A stretch of 63,637 bases of DNA, the filler included, from Octopus bimaculoides (Eukaryota), in the NCBI RefSeq assembly GCF_001194135.2. It is 6 parts of 5 records of this genome, joined end to end, with 100 filler letters (N's around TTAATTAATTAA, not from the genome) between each part and the next. Parts side by side here need not be neighbours in the genome. Positions count along the whole stretch, not along the records: positions 26,198 to 42,785 come from NC_068987.1; 5 more parts are not named here. One strand, written 5' to 3'. Made by a program: the position numbers and the translations under genes. This document shows positions 27,412 through 42,495 of the stretch, one piece after another (the stretch's first letter is position 1; each line of letters begins with the position of its first letter). The notes under the pieces were generated by a model, which saw nothing but the letters and a program-made list of their open reading frames with translations, ran no database searches and was not told where the DNA came from.

Positions 27412-29468
27412 NNNNNNNNNNTGTTGTAAAATTCAACTTCAAGTGATGGAGGAGAATTATCATCACTGCAGGAAACTTCTGGACCAGAACAACACATTAC
27501 TTACGTGACGGCGATGATGTCATATCTATACATTATCTTCTTCTTCTAATTATTGTTATTATTATTATTATCGTTATCATCATTCCTTCTCTTCGTCTTC
27601 TTTTATTTCTTCAGCTTCTTTCACATCTTCTTTTTCGTCTTCTTTCTTTCCATCTTTTTGTCTTTATTTCTGTCTGTCTGTCTCTGAACATATTTGTATG
27701 CATACAGTTACAAATACATACATATATATATATATATTTAAGTACGTATAATGGGAGAGAAGATGTGAACAGATTGAGAGCAGGGTATGGCCGTGAGTCA
27801 ATGATTAGATTTGGTAAAATAGAGGTTGGAGAGATAAACGACTGCGTAAGTATTAACACACGGCGACAGGCGTAGCAGAACACGCAACACACAAATATAA
27901 GCAAATGGTACAACAATACATATACATATAGTGACATAGAACGCTACATACATGCACGCACATACATATGCATTATTTACTATATACACTTTACACATAG
28001 ATACACACACATGCATCATCATATACGTACATTTGACAGCGTATGTATGTTGTACATAAAATATATACTAATACTAACGCTAGACACAGCTCACAGGCAT
28101 ACACACACACATAAGTATATACGGATGTCTTTTCATTGTATGTGTAGATGCGGACTGTGTATATGTGTGTGTGTGTGTGCATGTCTCTGTGAATGCGTGT
28201 GTGTGTGTGCATGTCTCTGTGTATGTGTGTGCATGTCTCTGTGCATGTGTGTGCATGTGTCTGTGTATAGGTACGCATACAAATACAAACGTATACACAT
28301 TAGTGCATATAACCATATATAGGTCCACAGATAACAGGCGACACACTGATATGTTCGCTGGAGGACAAGGCAGAAAAATAGTTAGTTTAATACATAGATA
28401 GACAGAAGCATACATTAATACACATACAAAGGTATAGATTCAAACATAAATGCATTATATGTGGTGTGAGAACATTTAATATTATAGTTAGTGAAATATT
28501 TTTGAATTTAAAATAGTTATCGCTAACTTCAATTTCTCTGACTTTAATATGTATTCACAGGAAGTGGTCCTACAAAAGAACAGATTATCTGTAACGGCAG
28601 AAGCCCTCGGGTACGGGTTCTACTGTCATACATATATACATACATATATATATGTGTGTGTTTAAGTGTGTGTGTACATGTGTGCATATGTGTGTGCAGC
28701 AGAATGTATGAAGTTATGTACGTATGTATTTACGTATCGGTGTGTAAATATATATATATATAGTTATGTGTATGTGGGTGTCGGTGTGTGTAACAGAATG
28801 TCTGTTTGATTATATTTATATCTTTGTATATATGTGTAGGTATACATATGCATATATATATATATATATATANNNNNNNNNNNNNNNNNNNNNNNNNNNN
28901 NNNNNNNNNNNNNNNNNNNNNNNNNNNNNNNNNNNNNNNNNNNNNNNNNNNNNNNNNNNNNNNNNNNNNNNNNNNNNNNNNNNNNNATATATATAAGTAT
29001 ATATATATATAAACACGTATATCTAAGAATCTATATAGGTATGTGTATTTGTATGTATGTTTGTATGTATTTTATTAATATCTATTCTCAGGAAGTAATG
29101 CTACTACAGAACAGATTATCTACTACGGCAGGATTCTTCAGATGTGTGTTCCTCCCCACACACACACATATACATACATATATAAAACACATCGCAGGTA
29201 GCAGAATCGTTAGCGCATCGAGTGATTTCTTAGCGACATTTCTTTTGATATCAGAGTTCAAACTCCGCCCAGGTCTGATTTACCTTTCAGGGGTAGATAA
29301 ACTAAGTATTAGTCAAGCACTAGGGTCGATGTCATCGACTAGCCCCTTCCTTCAACCATTTTAGACCTTAGAACTTCAGTCTACAGTAGTAGGAAAGAAT
29401 ATCTATCTATCTATCTATCGCTCTATCTATCTATCTATCTATATAATAATAATAATAATAATAATAAC

Positions 29469-29500
<32 letters not shown>

Positions 29501-29903
29501 TAATAATAATACAAATGATATGTGAGCATATGCATATATACATACATATATGTACAGACCTACATATACATGTATATATAGATGCATATCCNNNNNNNNN
29601 NNNNNNNNNNNNNNNNNNNNNNNNNNNNNNNNNNNNNNNNNNNNNNNNNNNNNNNNNNNTATATATATATATATATATATATATATTGTACCTGTGTGTG
29701 TGAGTGTTTATACGTATATTTAAATATATATACATATGTATGTGTGTATGACCGTATGTACATATACATACTTATGTGTGGGTGTGTGTATGTATGAGTG
29801 TGCACGTGTATGTGTACGAACATGTTTGTAGATAGATGATGCAGACACAAACATACATATGTGCGAGTTAGTGCATGGATGTGTATGTGTTTATGTGTGC
29901 GTT

Positions 29904-29947
<44 letters not shown>

Positions 29948-30263
29948 AGTGCGTGTGTGTGTCTGTGTTTGATGGAATGAAAATGGGTTAAAATAAATAA
30001 CTCGTAGAGGCCAGTGGCATACAGTTGAACAGCAAATACGATAAATTCTTAATTCTTAAAGTTATCTCAGCTTCCAGAGAGAGTTCAACAATCGCTTGAT
30101 GGCAATTGGGACTCCCTCCAGATGCGAGTGTGAGGTAATCTCAACAAACAGCATTTCGCAAAAATCGAGTTATCATTAAGAAAAGGCTTTTCTGATTGTC
30201 GAGAGGCAAGAGGAAATACAAACGTTTATATGTATGTATGCATGCATGTATGTATATATATGT

Positions 30264-30538
30264 GTGGAGACGCAATGGCCCAGTGGTTAGGTCGGCGGAC
30301 TCGCGGTTGTAGGCTCGCGGTTTTGATTCTCAGACCGGGCGTTGTGAGTGTTTATTGAGCCAAAACACCTAAAGCTCCACAAGGCTCCGGCAGGGGGGGG
30401 GGGCTGACGAACCCTGCTGTACTCTTTCACCACAACTTTCTCTCACTCTTACTTCCTGTTTCTGTTGTGCCTGTAATTCAATGGGTCAACCTTGTTACAC
30501 TGTGTCACGCTGAATCTCCCCGAGAACTACGTTAAGAG
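30264..30538 (+). mobile_element. tRNA-derived SINE (family A), 3'-truncated
   Basis: Head gcaatggcccagtggttag...ggttttgattc has A-box and B-box-like motifs; the body is shared with 38219-38592 and 46435-46812. Confidence 0.85.
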
Positions 30539-31332
30539 AAAAAAATAACGAATCCACCCAGCTTTTCTAAATTTCGGTATGTGGTGAAGCAATTTTGCTG
30601 AACCCTAATTATAATTATGCTTATAAGTATAAAATTGTTGTATCTATCTATCTATCTATCTCCCGTTGGAATCCGATAATGTACAAACTCAATAAATGTG
30701 AATTGCTAAGTTACTGTATTTGCAAAGCATAAATAAATGCCCTGAAATCGTCTTCTAATGAGGACGTTACAACTGCTATTTCGCAAATGCATCATGAGGG
30801 CTGAAACAGCCCACCTCCATTTAGTAAACCCTACAGCAAAACTACTGTCCGCCCCGGGCAGCGTTTTTGAGTCTACATTATAAGCCTGTATAGACTTGGG
30901 GGCCCGGCAGTGGGATGTGGCAAGCTCAGGGTTCCGTCTGGTGGCACGCACTTTTGTAATGTTAGTGAAACAGAATTAATATTTTAGTTATTTTTTTAAG
31001 ACCTGGTATTTTGTTGTGTCCCTTTGCGTCCTGAATTCAAATCATGTCCAGCTTTATTTGTCATGTTATCATTCCAAGGACGATTAAAACATACTAAACA
31101 AATACTGGACAAATATCCATTCTAATTTTGGCGCAAGGCCGGAAATATTAAAGGTGGGGCTAAGTCGATTACATAACAGCCACTCCCGATTAGTACTTAA
31201 ATGGTTTATCCCGAAAGAACAGAAAGTAAACTTGACCTTGGTTGTAATTGAACTCGAGACATAATGTGTCAGAAGAAATTCTGCAAAGCACTTTTTCCGG
31301 CGCCCTAATAATTTTGCCAACTCGTTATGTAA

Positions 31333-31436
<104 letters not shown>

Positions 31437-31938
31437 CGCTCACACACATACTTTTTCACTTTCTCTCTTTCCTTCTTTCTCCCTCTCTTCCTCTCTTCCT
31501 CTCTTCCTTTCTTTCTCTCTTTTTCTCTATCTATTTATCTCTTTCTTTCTCTCCCCCATCTCCCCCCTCTCCCTCTCTCATTCATTCATTCAAAATATCT
31601 TGCTAAAGTTTTGTGCCTAAGCTGTAGATAAGCACTAACTATTTTAATACTCCCCATGCCAATACGCACAGCCAACTAGACAAAACAGTCCATCCACTGA
31701 ACCTTAACCAAAATACCACCCATCCAAGCACATGCACACTGTACCCTAATAAACAATAACATTTGTTGCTATTTAGGATACGATGTGTTTATTTACTTTA
31801 GTTCAAACCTCCCAACTCTCCTCCCGACTCCTGCCATTCAAATACTGGGGGAAACGGCTCCTTTTAACTTCGTCATGGTTTATCCCCTCGTCATTGCTTT
31901 TGCTCTATATATATCTCTATCTGTCAATGCATCCATCC

Positions 31939-32002
<64 letters not shown>

Positions 32003-33565
32003 GTCTATCTGTCTAGCTATCCATCTACCCATCCATCTATCACCCCATCTATCTATCTATTTATTTATCTATCTATCTATCTATCTGTCTGTCTATCTAT
32101 CTATCTATCTATCTATCAACCTATCTATCTACATATCTATCTATGTATCTATCTCGTGTATAAGGAACCCCCTAATTTGGGGGTTTAAAATTAGGAAAAA
32201 AGGTTTTGTAAGGGATCATAATACTATCCATTTATAAGAAACTCCCATATTTTTTAACATAATTTTTGACAAAAAAAGTGTTCTTTATACACGTTGAAAT
32301 ACGGTATATATTTTAAATATATCTTAAAAGATAGAACATTATGATAGTCTACCGGTTTCGCGTTTCGCTAACCATGACAATTGGTGAAAATACTGCAATT
32401 TCATATTATCTTAAGCAGTTTTTAGTCCATATTGCTTGTATAAGAATTAAGAGTTGTCTATATTTATTTAACCACGTAATTATCTTGGGAATACGCTTCT
32501 TTCGCGAAACTTCTTTTAAGTGAAGAAAACATGAATAAATCCATATTCACCTCTCATACCTATAGATTTTATGGTTTTATATATCCCTCACGAAATAATT
32601 CCATTGCTCAGACTTTTGGGGTTTTCTGTTCCATGGACAGTTTATATTACACTTCTTTGTATTTGCTTGCTATGTGGCCTGATAGCCAAATCCGTATTGT
32701 ATTTAGATCTATATTGGTATAAATTTTTAGCCCAAATTTATACCAGTATAGATCTATACCAATAACATTTTAAACAATACCTTTTATCATACGATTTTAA
32801 ATAGCATCTCTATCATTCGATTTACTATACTAAAGTTCATCTTTTTCTCTGACGAGTGGATATACTTCCTAATGATGTTTATCAACTTAGGATTTCATTT
32901 CGAAAGGTAGTATGTTCATGAAACGATCGTAAGATCTCTCAAAACTTTTTAAATGATCATGGGTATACTTTATATAATTATTTATTAATAAAATATTGTT
33001 TATATTATGGACGTATCTCTTCTGTGATTTTTATGATATAGTTCTCCTTCTTTTACTCCCTGATATATATATATATATATATGTGTGTGTGTATATATAT
33101 AAGTATATATATATATAGGTATGTATGTGTACGTGTACATATGTGTGTGTCTATATACATATGTAGACACACACACACACACACACACANNNNNNNNNNT
33201 GTGTGTGTGTGTGTGTGTGTGAAGATATATATATATATATATATGTGTGTGTGTATATATATAAGTATATATATATATAGGTATGTATGTGTACGTGTAC
33301 ATATGTGTGTGTCTATATACATATGTAGACACACACACACACACACACACACAAAGATACATACATACATACATACATGTGCAAATACACAGAATATGAA
33401 AGAGAAATAAATAAATGGATAAATGAGTACATACATGCATAGATACACAGACAGACAGACAGATAGATAGAGAGAGAGAGAGATTCAATCACTTTCTATC
33501 ATTATGCATCTATGCGTATGTGAATTCTCTAACCCTCTCTCTCCCTCTCCCTCTCCCTTTCTCTC

Positions 33566-33602
<37 letters not shown>

Positions 33603-33980
33603 CTATCTACAGCTATCTCTGTCCCTACTCCCTCTATGGTGGAGTTATTTATTACATTACGTTTAAAGCTCCTCTACTCCCAGCCAAGTAGACAAAATGA
33701 CAAATACATACACCAAACTATATATATACATTCGTATATAGACTGATTAATTGTTGGATAGGTTTTTTCATATAGCTTATAAGATAACGGATGTTTGTGA
33801 AATATAAACAGTAAAGGCATAGTCATTTATAATGAGGTAAAGGGGTTGTGCCGATATAGAATAACACACAGGCGTACGCATGCATATGTATGCATACGTA
33901 CATACATACATACATACATAAACAGAGATACGTAAACTTAGATACATATATATGTATATATCTATTTGAATATACATATC

Positions 33981-34065
<85 letters not shown>

Positions 34066-34183
34066 GGAGAGAGGGAGAGAGAGAGAAATATACGATATAA
34101 AAAGTATACACATGTTTAAATATATACATATATAGACACACACACACACACNNNNNNNNNNNNNNNNNNNNNNNNNNNNNNNN

Positions 34184-34246
<63 letters not shown>

Positions 34247-34579
34247 AACATATGATACAAAAAATATACACAGGTTTAGATATATGAATATATATATATA
34301 TACATACGTAAACACACGTAAACACACGGATAATACATACACACACAACAGGACAAAATAGCCAAAAATTTACAATAAGAACAGGACATCAACAACGAGT
34401 GAAAAATACGAAAACACGTAACGAAAGACAAGTACGGGACAAAATACCAAAAGAAGTCTAACCTCTCCTCAGTTGTCGACTGTTAATTACTCTCTATTTC
34501 AAACTTTCAACTACAAGAACCTTCATAAAATAGCAGCATCCAGAAATTTTAAAAATGTAAAATTTGCCGAGAGTTAGAG

Positions 34580-34618
<39 letters not shown>

Positions 34619-34809
34619 TAGATCACATGCCATGAAGTTCAAATGAGGCCGGAATTTTTCGAAAGCTCGATAACGCTCAGTTGGCATCGATTTTTGTGAG
34701 TTCAATCGGGCGTTTGAATGAAAATTCCCATTATGATGTTATTATTCCTGCAGCTTTTGCACTTTTTGTCTGAGTTTGTTGAAAATCTATGAGTGAGCGA
34801 GAATCATGG

Positions 34810-35280
34810 CAGTGAGTTGATGTCAGTATAAGGCGTTAACAAAAAAAATCGATAATTGCGCCTGAGGAGTGGTTTTATAAAATCAATAAGCTTTTTTATG
34901 TCCAAATACCCATAGGGATTTTACTTTTGGCTGTAACTTTTATATTTTTAATCCGATTTTAATGAAATTCGAGATGTAGGTACATTTTGTGGTGGGGAGA
35001 CGGTAAATGTGTTTATTTAATTCAAAAGGGCACAAGTGCAAATAAGCATTTCTTTAGAAACATTCTTATCGATTTTGTAGAAATTTTACACGTAATTACA
35101 GTTCATGTCGATTAGTTGATGCCAGCATGAGGAGTTGACAAGAAGTCAGTAATTGCGCCTCGGTGGGTGATTTTAAGAAATCAATACTTTTTTGTATGCA
35201 ATTACCCATAGGATTATACTTTTTGCTGTAACTTTTACAGAATTCATCCGATTTTGATGAAATTTGACATTTAGGTAAGG
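34810..35280. repeat. Diverged direct repeat (~170-bp units, ~300-bp period), probably non-autonomous DNA transposon interior
   Basis: agttgatg.cag...taattgcgcct...aatcaata...tacccatagg...gctgtaactttta...ccgatttt.atgaaatt occurs twice. Confidence 0.55.
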
Positions 35281-35512
35281 TTTATTGTCGGAGTCATGTA
35301 GTAGGATTAAAATTAAACTGGTGAAAGGCAGAAATCGCAAAAATTCACTCACAATAAAATAATGAACTGATTTTGAAGAAAATTGACCCATGAGTAAAAT
35401 TAAGCACTTCGACGTATGGGACATTGATTATTCATATAATGTATTGGGATTTAAAAGTTATTGGGATATTTTCATGTAAACGGTAACATGGATTCTATTT
35501 TATGACATAACC

Positions 35513-35687
35513 TTAACACTTCGCTTCGAATTCTACTGAGATTGGACACGCTGATCAATTTTGTACAGATGGTGGAATTATGGGGAGAGAAATAAACAAA
35601 AATCGCTCTCAACTGGTCGAAGTACACCCAAAAGTTTGACTGCGATTTCAGACGGTCCAGTATATAGGAGTATGTCGAAAGTGTTAA
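35513..35687. mobile_element. piggyBac-like MITE with TTAA ends
   Basis: TTAA-cacttcg ... cgaaagtg-TTAA short terminal inverted repeats. Confidence 0.45.
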
Positions 35688-38218
35688 CCGGGTAAAATCC
35701 CTGCCGAACCAGATATAACATCTTAATGGGTAATAGTTGGCACGCGGAACGTAGACGATTTCAATACAAGGTCAGAGGTGGGCTTAACTTCAACACCGAA
35801 AACATGAGCAACATCGGGTCCAATAGCTAGTATATATATATACATATATATAGTGTGAGAAAGAGAGAGAAAGATTGAGGGAAGCGAGCACATAAAGTCT
35901 AAGTAATATGATGAGCAGTTACACCTTTAGAAATATAAGCGCATCCGCATATCCACGCACGCATACTTTAGCGATGAACACAAATATACAACACGTATGC
36001 GTTGACATACACACATGTGCTCTCTCTCTCTCCCTTTCTCTCTCTGTCTCTCTACCTCTCCCAAAACGCACACACATACATGTATCTCACACACACACAC
36101 ACTCGCGCGCGCACATATGCACATCACTCACAAACTTTATGCGTAACAGTGAGACAAAACAATTCCTCAGAGGGATTTTTGTCTATTATTCTAAGCTTAC
36201 TGAAGAAATAATTCTGCAAAACTTGTTTCGTCTTCCCCATAATAGAAGAATAAATAAACAAACGAAGAAAGATCTAAAACCGACCGGAATCTGTGAGGGT
36301 CACGTGGTAAACTATTGCGGAGAAATCTTATAAACAATGGCGGCTATTTCAGTGGAAACCTAGAAATGAAATAACGGNNNNNNNNNNNNNNNNNNNNNNN
36401 NNNNNNNNNNNNNNNNNNNNNNNNNNNNNNNNNNNNNNNNNNNNNNNNNNNNNNNNNNNNNNNNNNNNNNNNNNNNNNNNNNNNNNNNNNNNNNNNNNNN
36501 NNNNNNNNNNNNNNNNNNNNNNNNNNNNNNNNNNNNNNNNNNNNNNNNNNNNNNNNNNNNNNNNNNNNNNNNNNNNNNNNNNNNNNNNNNNNNNNNNNNN
36601 NNNNNNNNNNNNNNNNNNNNNNNNNNNNNNNNNNNNNNNNNNNNNNNNNNNNNNNNNNNNNNNNNNNNNNNNNNNNNNNNNNNNNNNNNNNNNNNNNNNN
36701 NNNNNNNNNNNNNNNNNNNNNNNNNNNNNNNNNNNNNNNNNNNNNNNNNNNNNNNNNNNNNNNNNNNNNNNNNNNNNNNNNNNNNNNNNNNNNNNNNNNN
36801 NNNNNNNNNNNNNNNNNNNNNNNNNNNNNNNNNNNNNNNNNNNNNNNNNNNNNNNNNNNNNNNNNNNNNNNNNNNNNNNNNNNNNNNNNNNNNNNNNNNN
36901 NNNNNNNNNNNNNNNNNNNNNNNNNNNNNNNNNNNNNNNNNNNNNNNNNNNNNNNNNNNNNNNNNNNNNNNNNNNNNNNNNNNNNNNNNNNNNNNNNNNN
37001 NNNNNNNNNNNNNNNNNNNNNNNNNNNNNNNNNNNNNNNNNNNNNNNNNNNNNNNNNNNNNNNNNNNNNNNNNNNNNNNNNNNNNNNNNNNNNNNNNNNN
37101 NNNNNNNNNNNNNNNNNNNNNNNNNNNNNNNNNNNNNNNNNNNNNGGTGGTGGGGGTGATGGTGCTGGTGATGGTGGTGCTGGTGGTGGTGGTGGTGGTG
37201 CTGGTGCTGGTGGTGATGTGGTTGTAGTGGTGGTGTCGGTGGATTTGGCGGTGGTGGTGGCGATGGTGGTGGCGATGGTGGTGGTAGTGGCGCTGCTGCT
37301 GCTGAGTTCGGTCCCAATGCTTGGCACCTCGGGTAATTGACTTCTACTATAACCATGCGCCGACCAAACCCTTGTAAATAAATTTGGTAGACGGAAACTG
37401 GCAGAAGCCCGTCACACAAGTGCTTGTGTATCTGTGTGTATGTGAGAGTATCTGTGTTTGTGTGTGCGTCTCTGTGTGTCTGTGTGTGTTTTTGTGTGCG
37501 TGTGTGCTTGTGTTTGTCCCCACTACTCACACTGCTTGACAGCCGGTGCTGGTTTGTTTACATAACAGTAGTGGTTCCGCAAATGAGACCGACGAAGTAA
37601 TTACCAGGCTTAATAAAATAAGTACCCGGATAGATTTATGTATTCGACAATAACCGTTAGAAATGGTGCTCCAGTATGGCCGCAATCCAATACCTGAAAC
37701 AAGTAAACGACAAATGATAAAAGACAAGTAAGCATCACAGAGAAAAGGTGACAGACAATGTCGATACATTTCAGAGCTGCAAGCAAAATGAAATTAAGTA
37801 GCCACACTATTGCCGGAGTAACCACCAGGAAGTTTATTTCTGTATCTGTCATGTCAGCCATTTAATGAGAAGACGAGTTGCCGAGAAAATTATTTCCATT
37901 GGGAGGGACTTTTCGCAGCAACTGATCTGGCAAAAGCTTTACTTTTGATTGTCAATTGGTATTCCGTTGTAGACAATATCATTTCTGCTGAATAGAAATT
38001 TATTTAATGAAACGAATGAAACAAACGTTGGGTAAGAACATTTTAGAATGAAAAGTGTATTTAAGAATAGGTTTTGAGAAAAGGACCTCATTCAAAATGC
38101 ATGTTTATTTTATATATACGTAGAATTTCGCATTAACAAAAATATTCCATTTGCTTTGCAAGATTCTTGATAAGATCTTCTGTGTTGAAACAGATTTTGT
38201 TGTATCATGGGAGGGTCA

Positions 38219-38592
38219 CGTTGGCACTCCGTCGCTTACGACGTCGAGGGTTCCAGTTGATCCGATCAACGGAACAGCCTGCTCGTGAAATTAACGTGCA
38301 AGTGGCTGAGCACTCCACAGACACGTGTACCCTTAACGTAGTTCTCGGGAATATTCAGCCTGACACAGTGTGACAAGGCTGGCCCTTTGAATTACAAGCA
38401 CAACAGAAACAGGAAGTAAAAGTGAGAGAAAGTCGCGGTGAAAGAGTACAGCAGGGTTCACCACCATCCCCTGCCGGAGCCTCGTGGAGCTTTAGGTGTT
38501 TTGGCTCAATAAACACTCACAACGCCCGGTCTGAGAATCGAAACCGCGATCCTATGACCGCGAGCCCGTTGCCCTAACCACTGGGCCTCCAC
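38219..38592 (-). mobile_element. tRNA-derived SINE (family A), full length, with 10-bp TSD
   Basis: Reverse complement of 46435-46812. Flanked by gggagggtca at 38209-38218 and 38593-38602. Confidence 0.9.
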
Positions 38593-39141
38593 GGGAGGGT
38601 CATAGTGCCAATAATAAACACACGCACTGGTTCTATTTGAATTCTTTACTATTTGTTAATTGGTTAACGATGTCCCCAGTTAACTCATCGAGTGTTTAAT
38701 TACCTATGTCTGTCAAAGTCATTACGTTTCCATTCGCGCTCTTCTAAAAGATATGGCCTCTCGACTCTAGGTCATCTTATTAGCATAATATATAGTCATA
38801 TACTCGGGATAAATATATAAGCGCAAAAGCATGTTTCAAGGTTATACGATATTTCTGAGCATTTTGTACAAACCGGGCCACACACGGAGCGATTGCCAAA
38901 CTTAACTGGTTTCAAAGGTATATATCTGTGTTGCGTATAATTTTAAATTCATTAAACACAAAAGAAAATACAGTTCTATATTTAAGAGATGAGGAATTAC
39001 GTACATTATTTACATTTGACGGATATTTGTTCTCCACTTGGTTGTTGTTAACACAACGTTTCGGCCGATATATCCTCCAGCCTTCTTCTTTGGTTTGGGA
39101 AAATTTCGAACCTGGGTTCTCATTCCTAAGGTATTTTTCGA

Positions 39142-39180
<39 letters not shown>

Positions 39181-39830
39181 GCTGTTGTTTTTTCTATCTT
39201 CTTTCTTCAAATTTTCTTCCATTTCTCGCCGAGTGTTTTCCGTACACCTAGAGCAGAGAAACTCGTTGTATGCATTCCCAGTTTACACACGCAAATTCAC
39301 AGGTAAAACATGTATTTAAGAAAAAAACAAAAAAAAATTATTATTTTCATTATCATTATTATTATTATTATTGTTCAGGTCACTGCTTGAAATCGAACTC
39401 GGAATCTTGGGGTTGGTAGCCTGTGCTCTTAACTACTACACCATATGCCCACGGGCATTCATCCTTTCGGGGTCGATTAAATAAGTACCAGTTGCGTACT
39501 GGGGTCAAGCTAATCGGATCCCCCCCAAAAAAAAAANNNNNNNNNNNNNNNNNNNNNNNNNNNNNNNNNNNNNNNNNNNNNNNNNNNNNNNNNNNNNNNN
39601 NNNNNNNNNNNNNNNNNNNNNNNNNNNNNNNNNNNNNNNNNNNNNNNNNNNNNNNNNNNNNNNNNNNNNNNNNNNNNNNNNNNNNNNNNNNNNNNNNNNN
39701 NNNNNNNNNNNNNNNNNNNNNNNNNNNNNNNNNNNNNNNNNNNNNNNNNNNNNNNNNNNNNNNNNNNNNNNNNNNNNNNNNNNNNNNNNNNNNNNNNNNN
39801 NNNNNNNNNNNNNNNNNNNNNNNNNNNNNN

Positions 39831-39879
<49 letters not shown>

Positions 39880-39884
39880 ATATA

Positions 39885-39965
<81 letters not shown>

Positions 39966-40143
39966 AGCTGAGAGAGAGAAGCGTGTATATTACATATATA
40001 TACATGTACGGGTATAGAAGCGAACAGCAAAGTCATCTTTTTACCCCCACAACCCTTTCCCCAGTATCACCACCACCGCCACCACTACGTCATTTCTTAA
40101 CTCACTGAAGTACGATATCTTACGATATGGGAAAGAAGAAAAA

Positions 40144-40153
40144 AACATGGCGG
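40144..40153 (+). promoter_or_regulatory. YY1-like motif AACATGGCGG (possible housekeeping-type promoter or 5'UTR)
   Basis: Matches AANATGGCGG and lies upstream of the CpG-depleted domain. It is a single short motif and could be chance. Confidence 0.2.
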
Positions 40154-41478
40154 AAATTTGATATTTTGGCCTCGAAGATAATCTATTGGGAAATAATCAG
40201 ATAATACGTACGCATTATATACACAGATTCACCTACACGAACGCTTAGATAATTTCATACTCCACATACATAAATACATTACGCAAACTTAAGCTTATGT
40301 GTGCCTCCGTGTGTGTGTGCGTGTGTGTCTGTTTATGTGTGTGTGTGTGTGTGTGTATGTGTGTGTGTGTGCGTGCGTGTGTGTGTGTGTGTGTATTTGT
40401 GTGTGTGTGTCATGTTGTGTGTGAATGCTTATGCGTGTGTATGATGTTTCTAGTTATGTATACATTATATATGTATGCAGAATGTATACATCTATACATA
40501 TATAAACGTATATATATATNNNNNNNNNNNNNNNNNNNNNNNNNNNNNNNNNNNNNNNNNNNNNNNNNNNNNNNNNNNNNNNNNNNNNNNNNNNNNNNNN
40601 NNNNNNNNNNNNNNNNNNNNNNNNNNNNNNNNNNNNNNNNNNNNNNNNNNNNNNNNNNNNNNNNNNNNNNNNNNNNNNNNNNNNNNNNNNNNNNNNNNNN
40701 NNNNNNNNNNNNNNNNNNNNNNNNNNNNNNNNNNNNNNNNNNNNNNNNNNNNNNNNNNNNNNNNNNNNNNNNNNNNNNNNNNNNNNNNNNNNNNNNNNNN
40801 NNNNNNNNNNNNNNNNNNNNNNNNNNNNNNNNNNNNNNNNNNNNNNNNNNNNNNNNNNNNNNNNNNNNNNNNNNNNNNNNNNNNNNNNNNNNNNNNNNNN
40901 NNNNNNNNNNNNNNNNNNNNNNNNNNNNNNNNNNNNNNNNNNNNNNNNNNNNNNNNNNNNNNNNNNNNNNNNNNNNNNNNNNNNNNNNNNNNNNNNNNNN
41001 NNNNNNNNNNNNNNNNNNNNNNNNNNNNNNNNNNNNNNNNNNNNNNNNNNNNNNNNNNNNNNNNNNNNNNNNNNNNNNNNNNNNNNNNNNNNNNNNNNNN
41101 NNNNNNNNNNNNNNNNNNNNNNNNNNNNNNNNNNNNNNNNNNNNNNNNNNNNNNNNNNNNNNNNNNNNNNNNNNNNNNNNNNNNNNNNNNNNNNNNNNNN
41201 NNNNNNNNNNNNNNNNNNNNNNNNNNNNNNNNNNNNNNNNNNNNNNNNNNNNNNNNNNNNNNNNNNNNNNNNNNNNNNNNNNNNNNNNNNNNNNNNNNNN
41301 NNNNNNNNNNNNNNNNNNNNNNNNNNNNNNNNNNNNNNNNNNNNNNNNNNNNNNNNNNNNNNNNNNNNNNNNNNNNNNNNNNNNNNNNNNNNNNNNNNNN
41401 NNNNNNNNNNNNNNNNNNNNNNNNNNNNNNNNNNNNNNNNNNNNNNNNNNNNNNNNNNNNNNNNNNNNNNNNNNNNNN

Positions 41479-41521
<43 letters not shown>

Positions 41522-42262
41522 GATATAGACTAACACATGATGAAAAAAAGAATGTGTTAAACATATAATATACCAGACAATATATGTGTATATACGCATC
41601 TCACTTTTTTTCATAGCCAAATATATTCATCTACCGCTATAAAAGACACATTTGCGTCAACGTGTATATATATGTTTGTATATATGCCTGTAGTAATATA
41701 CCTCTGCTTAAATATATACGTTTGTAAGAAAATTATGCATATATATATATATATATAAATGCATACATGACGGCGTGTGTTTAGTCTCTGATGATATAGT
41801 TTAGCATAGCATTATGGGATTCAAAAAAAAAGAGTGGCGTATCTGTCAGAGGCTTGTCATGGCGGTCTTAACTATTTGTGCTGTTGCGTTTGATGAAAAG
41901 ATTTACGAAATCTCTTCAGATTGAAGTCAAACTTTTCTAGAGACATACTGTGTATATGTATTTGTGAGTATTGGTTTCCATTATTGTGATATAGTGTGTT
42001 TATCTCCTCTGCATCTGTGTGTGAGTATGTATTCCGTGCGTATGTATATTTAAAGTAGAGAAAATGCTTAAAGAGTTAGACAGGCGGACCTGCTGTTACA
42101 GAGATTATAAGTAAGATATTGGAAGAGAAGTGGACAGACAGACAAGACATAGACAAACACATACACACAGACAGAGAGATAGGTAGAGGGAGTGACAGTT
42201 CACGAACGCAACATCTACGAAGAGTGGAAGTAAAATTTATAAAATAATATTTGTACACATTA

Positions 42263-42495
42263 GGGCGGTGAGCTGGCAGAATCGTTAGCACGCAGGGCGA
42301 AATGCTTAGCGTTATTTGTCTGCCTCTAGATTTTGAGTTCAAATTCCCCCGAGGTCGACTTTGTCTTTCATCCTTTCGGGGATTGATTAAATAAGTACCA
42401 GTTATGCACTGGACTCGATGTAATCGACTTAATCCCTTTGTCTGTTCTTGTTTGTCCACTCTATGTTTACCCCGCTGTGGGCAATAAAGAAATAG
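42263..42495 (+). mobile_element. tRNA-derived SINE (family B) with 12-bp TSD
   Basis: atatttgtacac at 42247-42258 and 42496-42507 flanks the copy. Confidence 0.85.

Noticed and set aside
27021-27741. Exact ~320-bp direct duplication (27021-27340 versus 27422-27741), and similarly 33062-33189 versus 33223-33351
   Set aside because: The copies sit on either side of 10-11 N gaps and are identical, typical of unmerged overlapping contig ends.
27745-27850. Open frame GREDVNRLRAG...EINDC ending at a strong |gtaagt donor as a possible next GluA exon
   Set aside because: No acceptor, no KWW/AVL motif, and it abuts an assembly duplication.
30071-30134. AG/GT-bounded FQREFNNRLMAIGTPSRCECE segment in GluA-compatible phase
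   Set aside because: Poor polypyrimidine tract and no similarity to iGluR S2.
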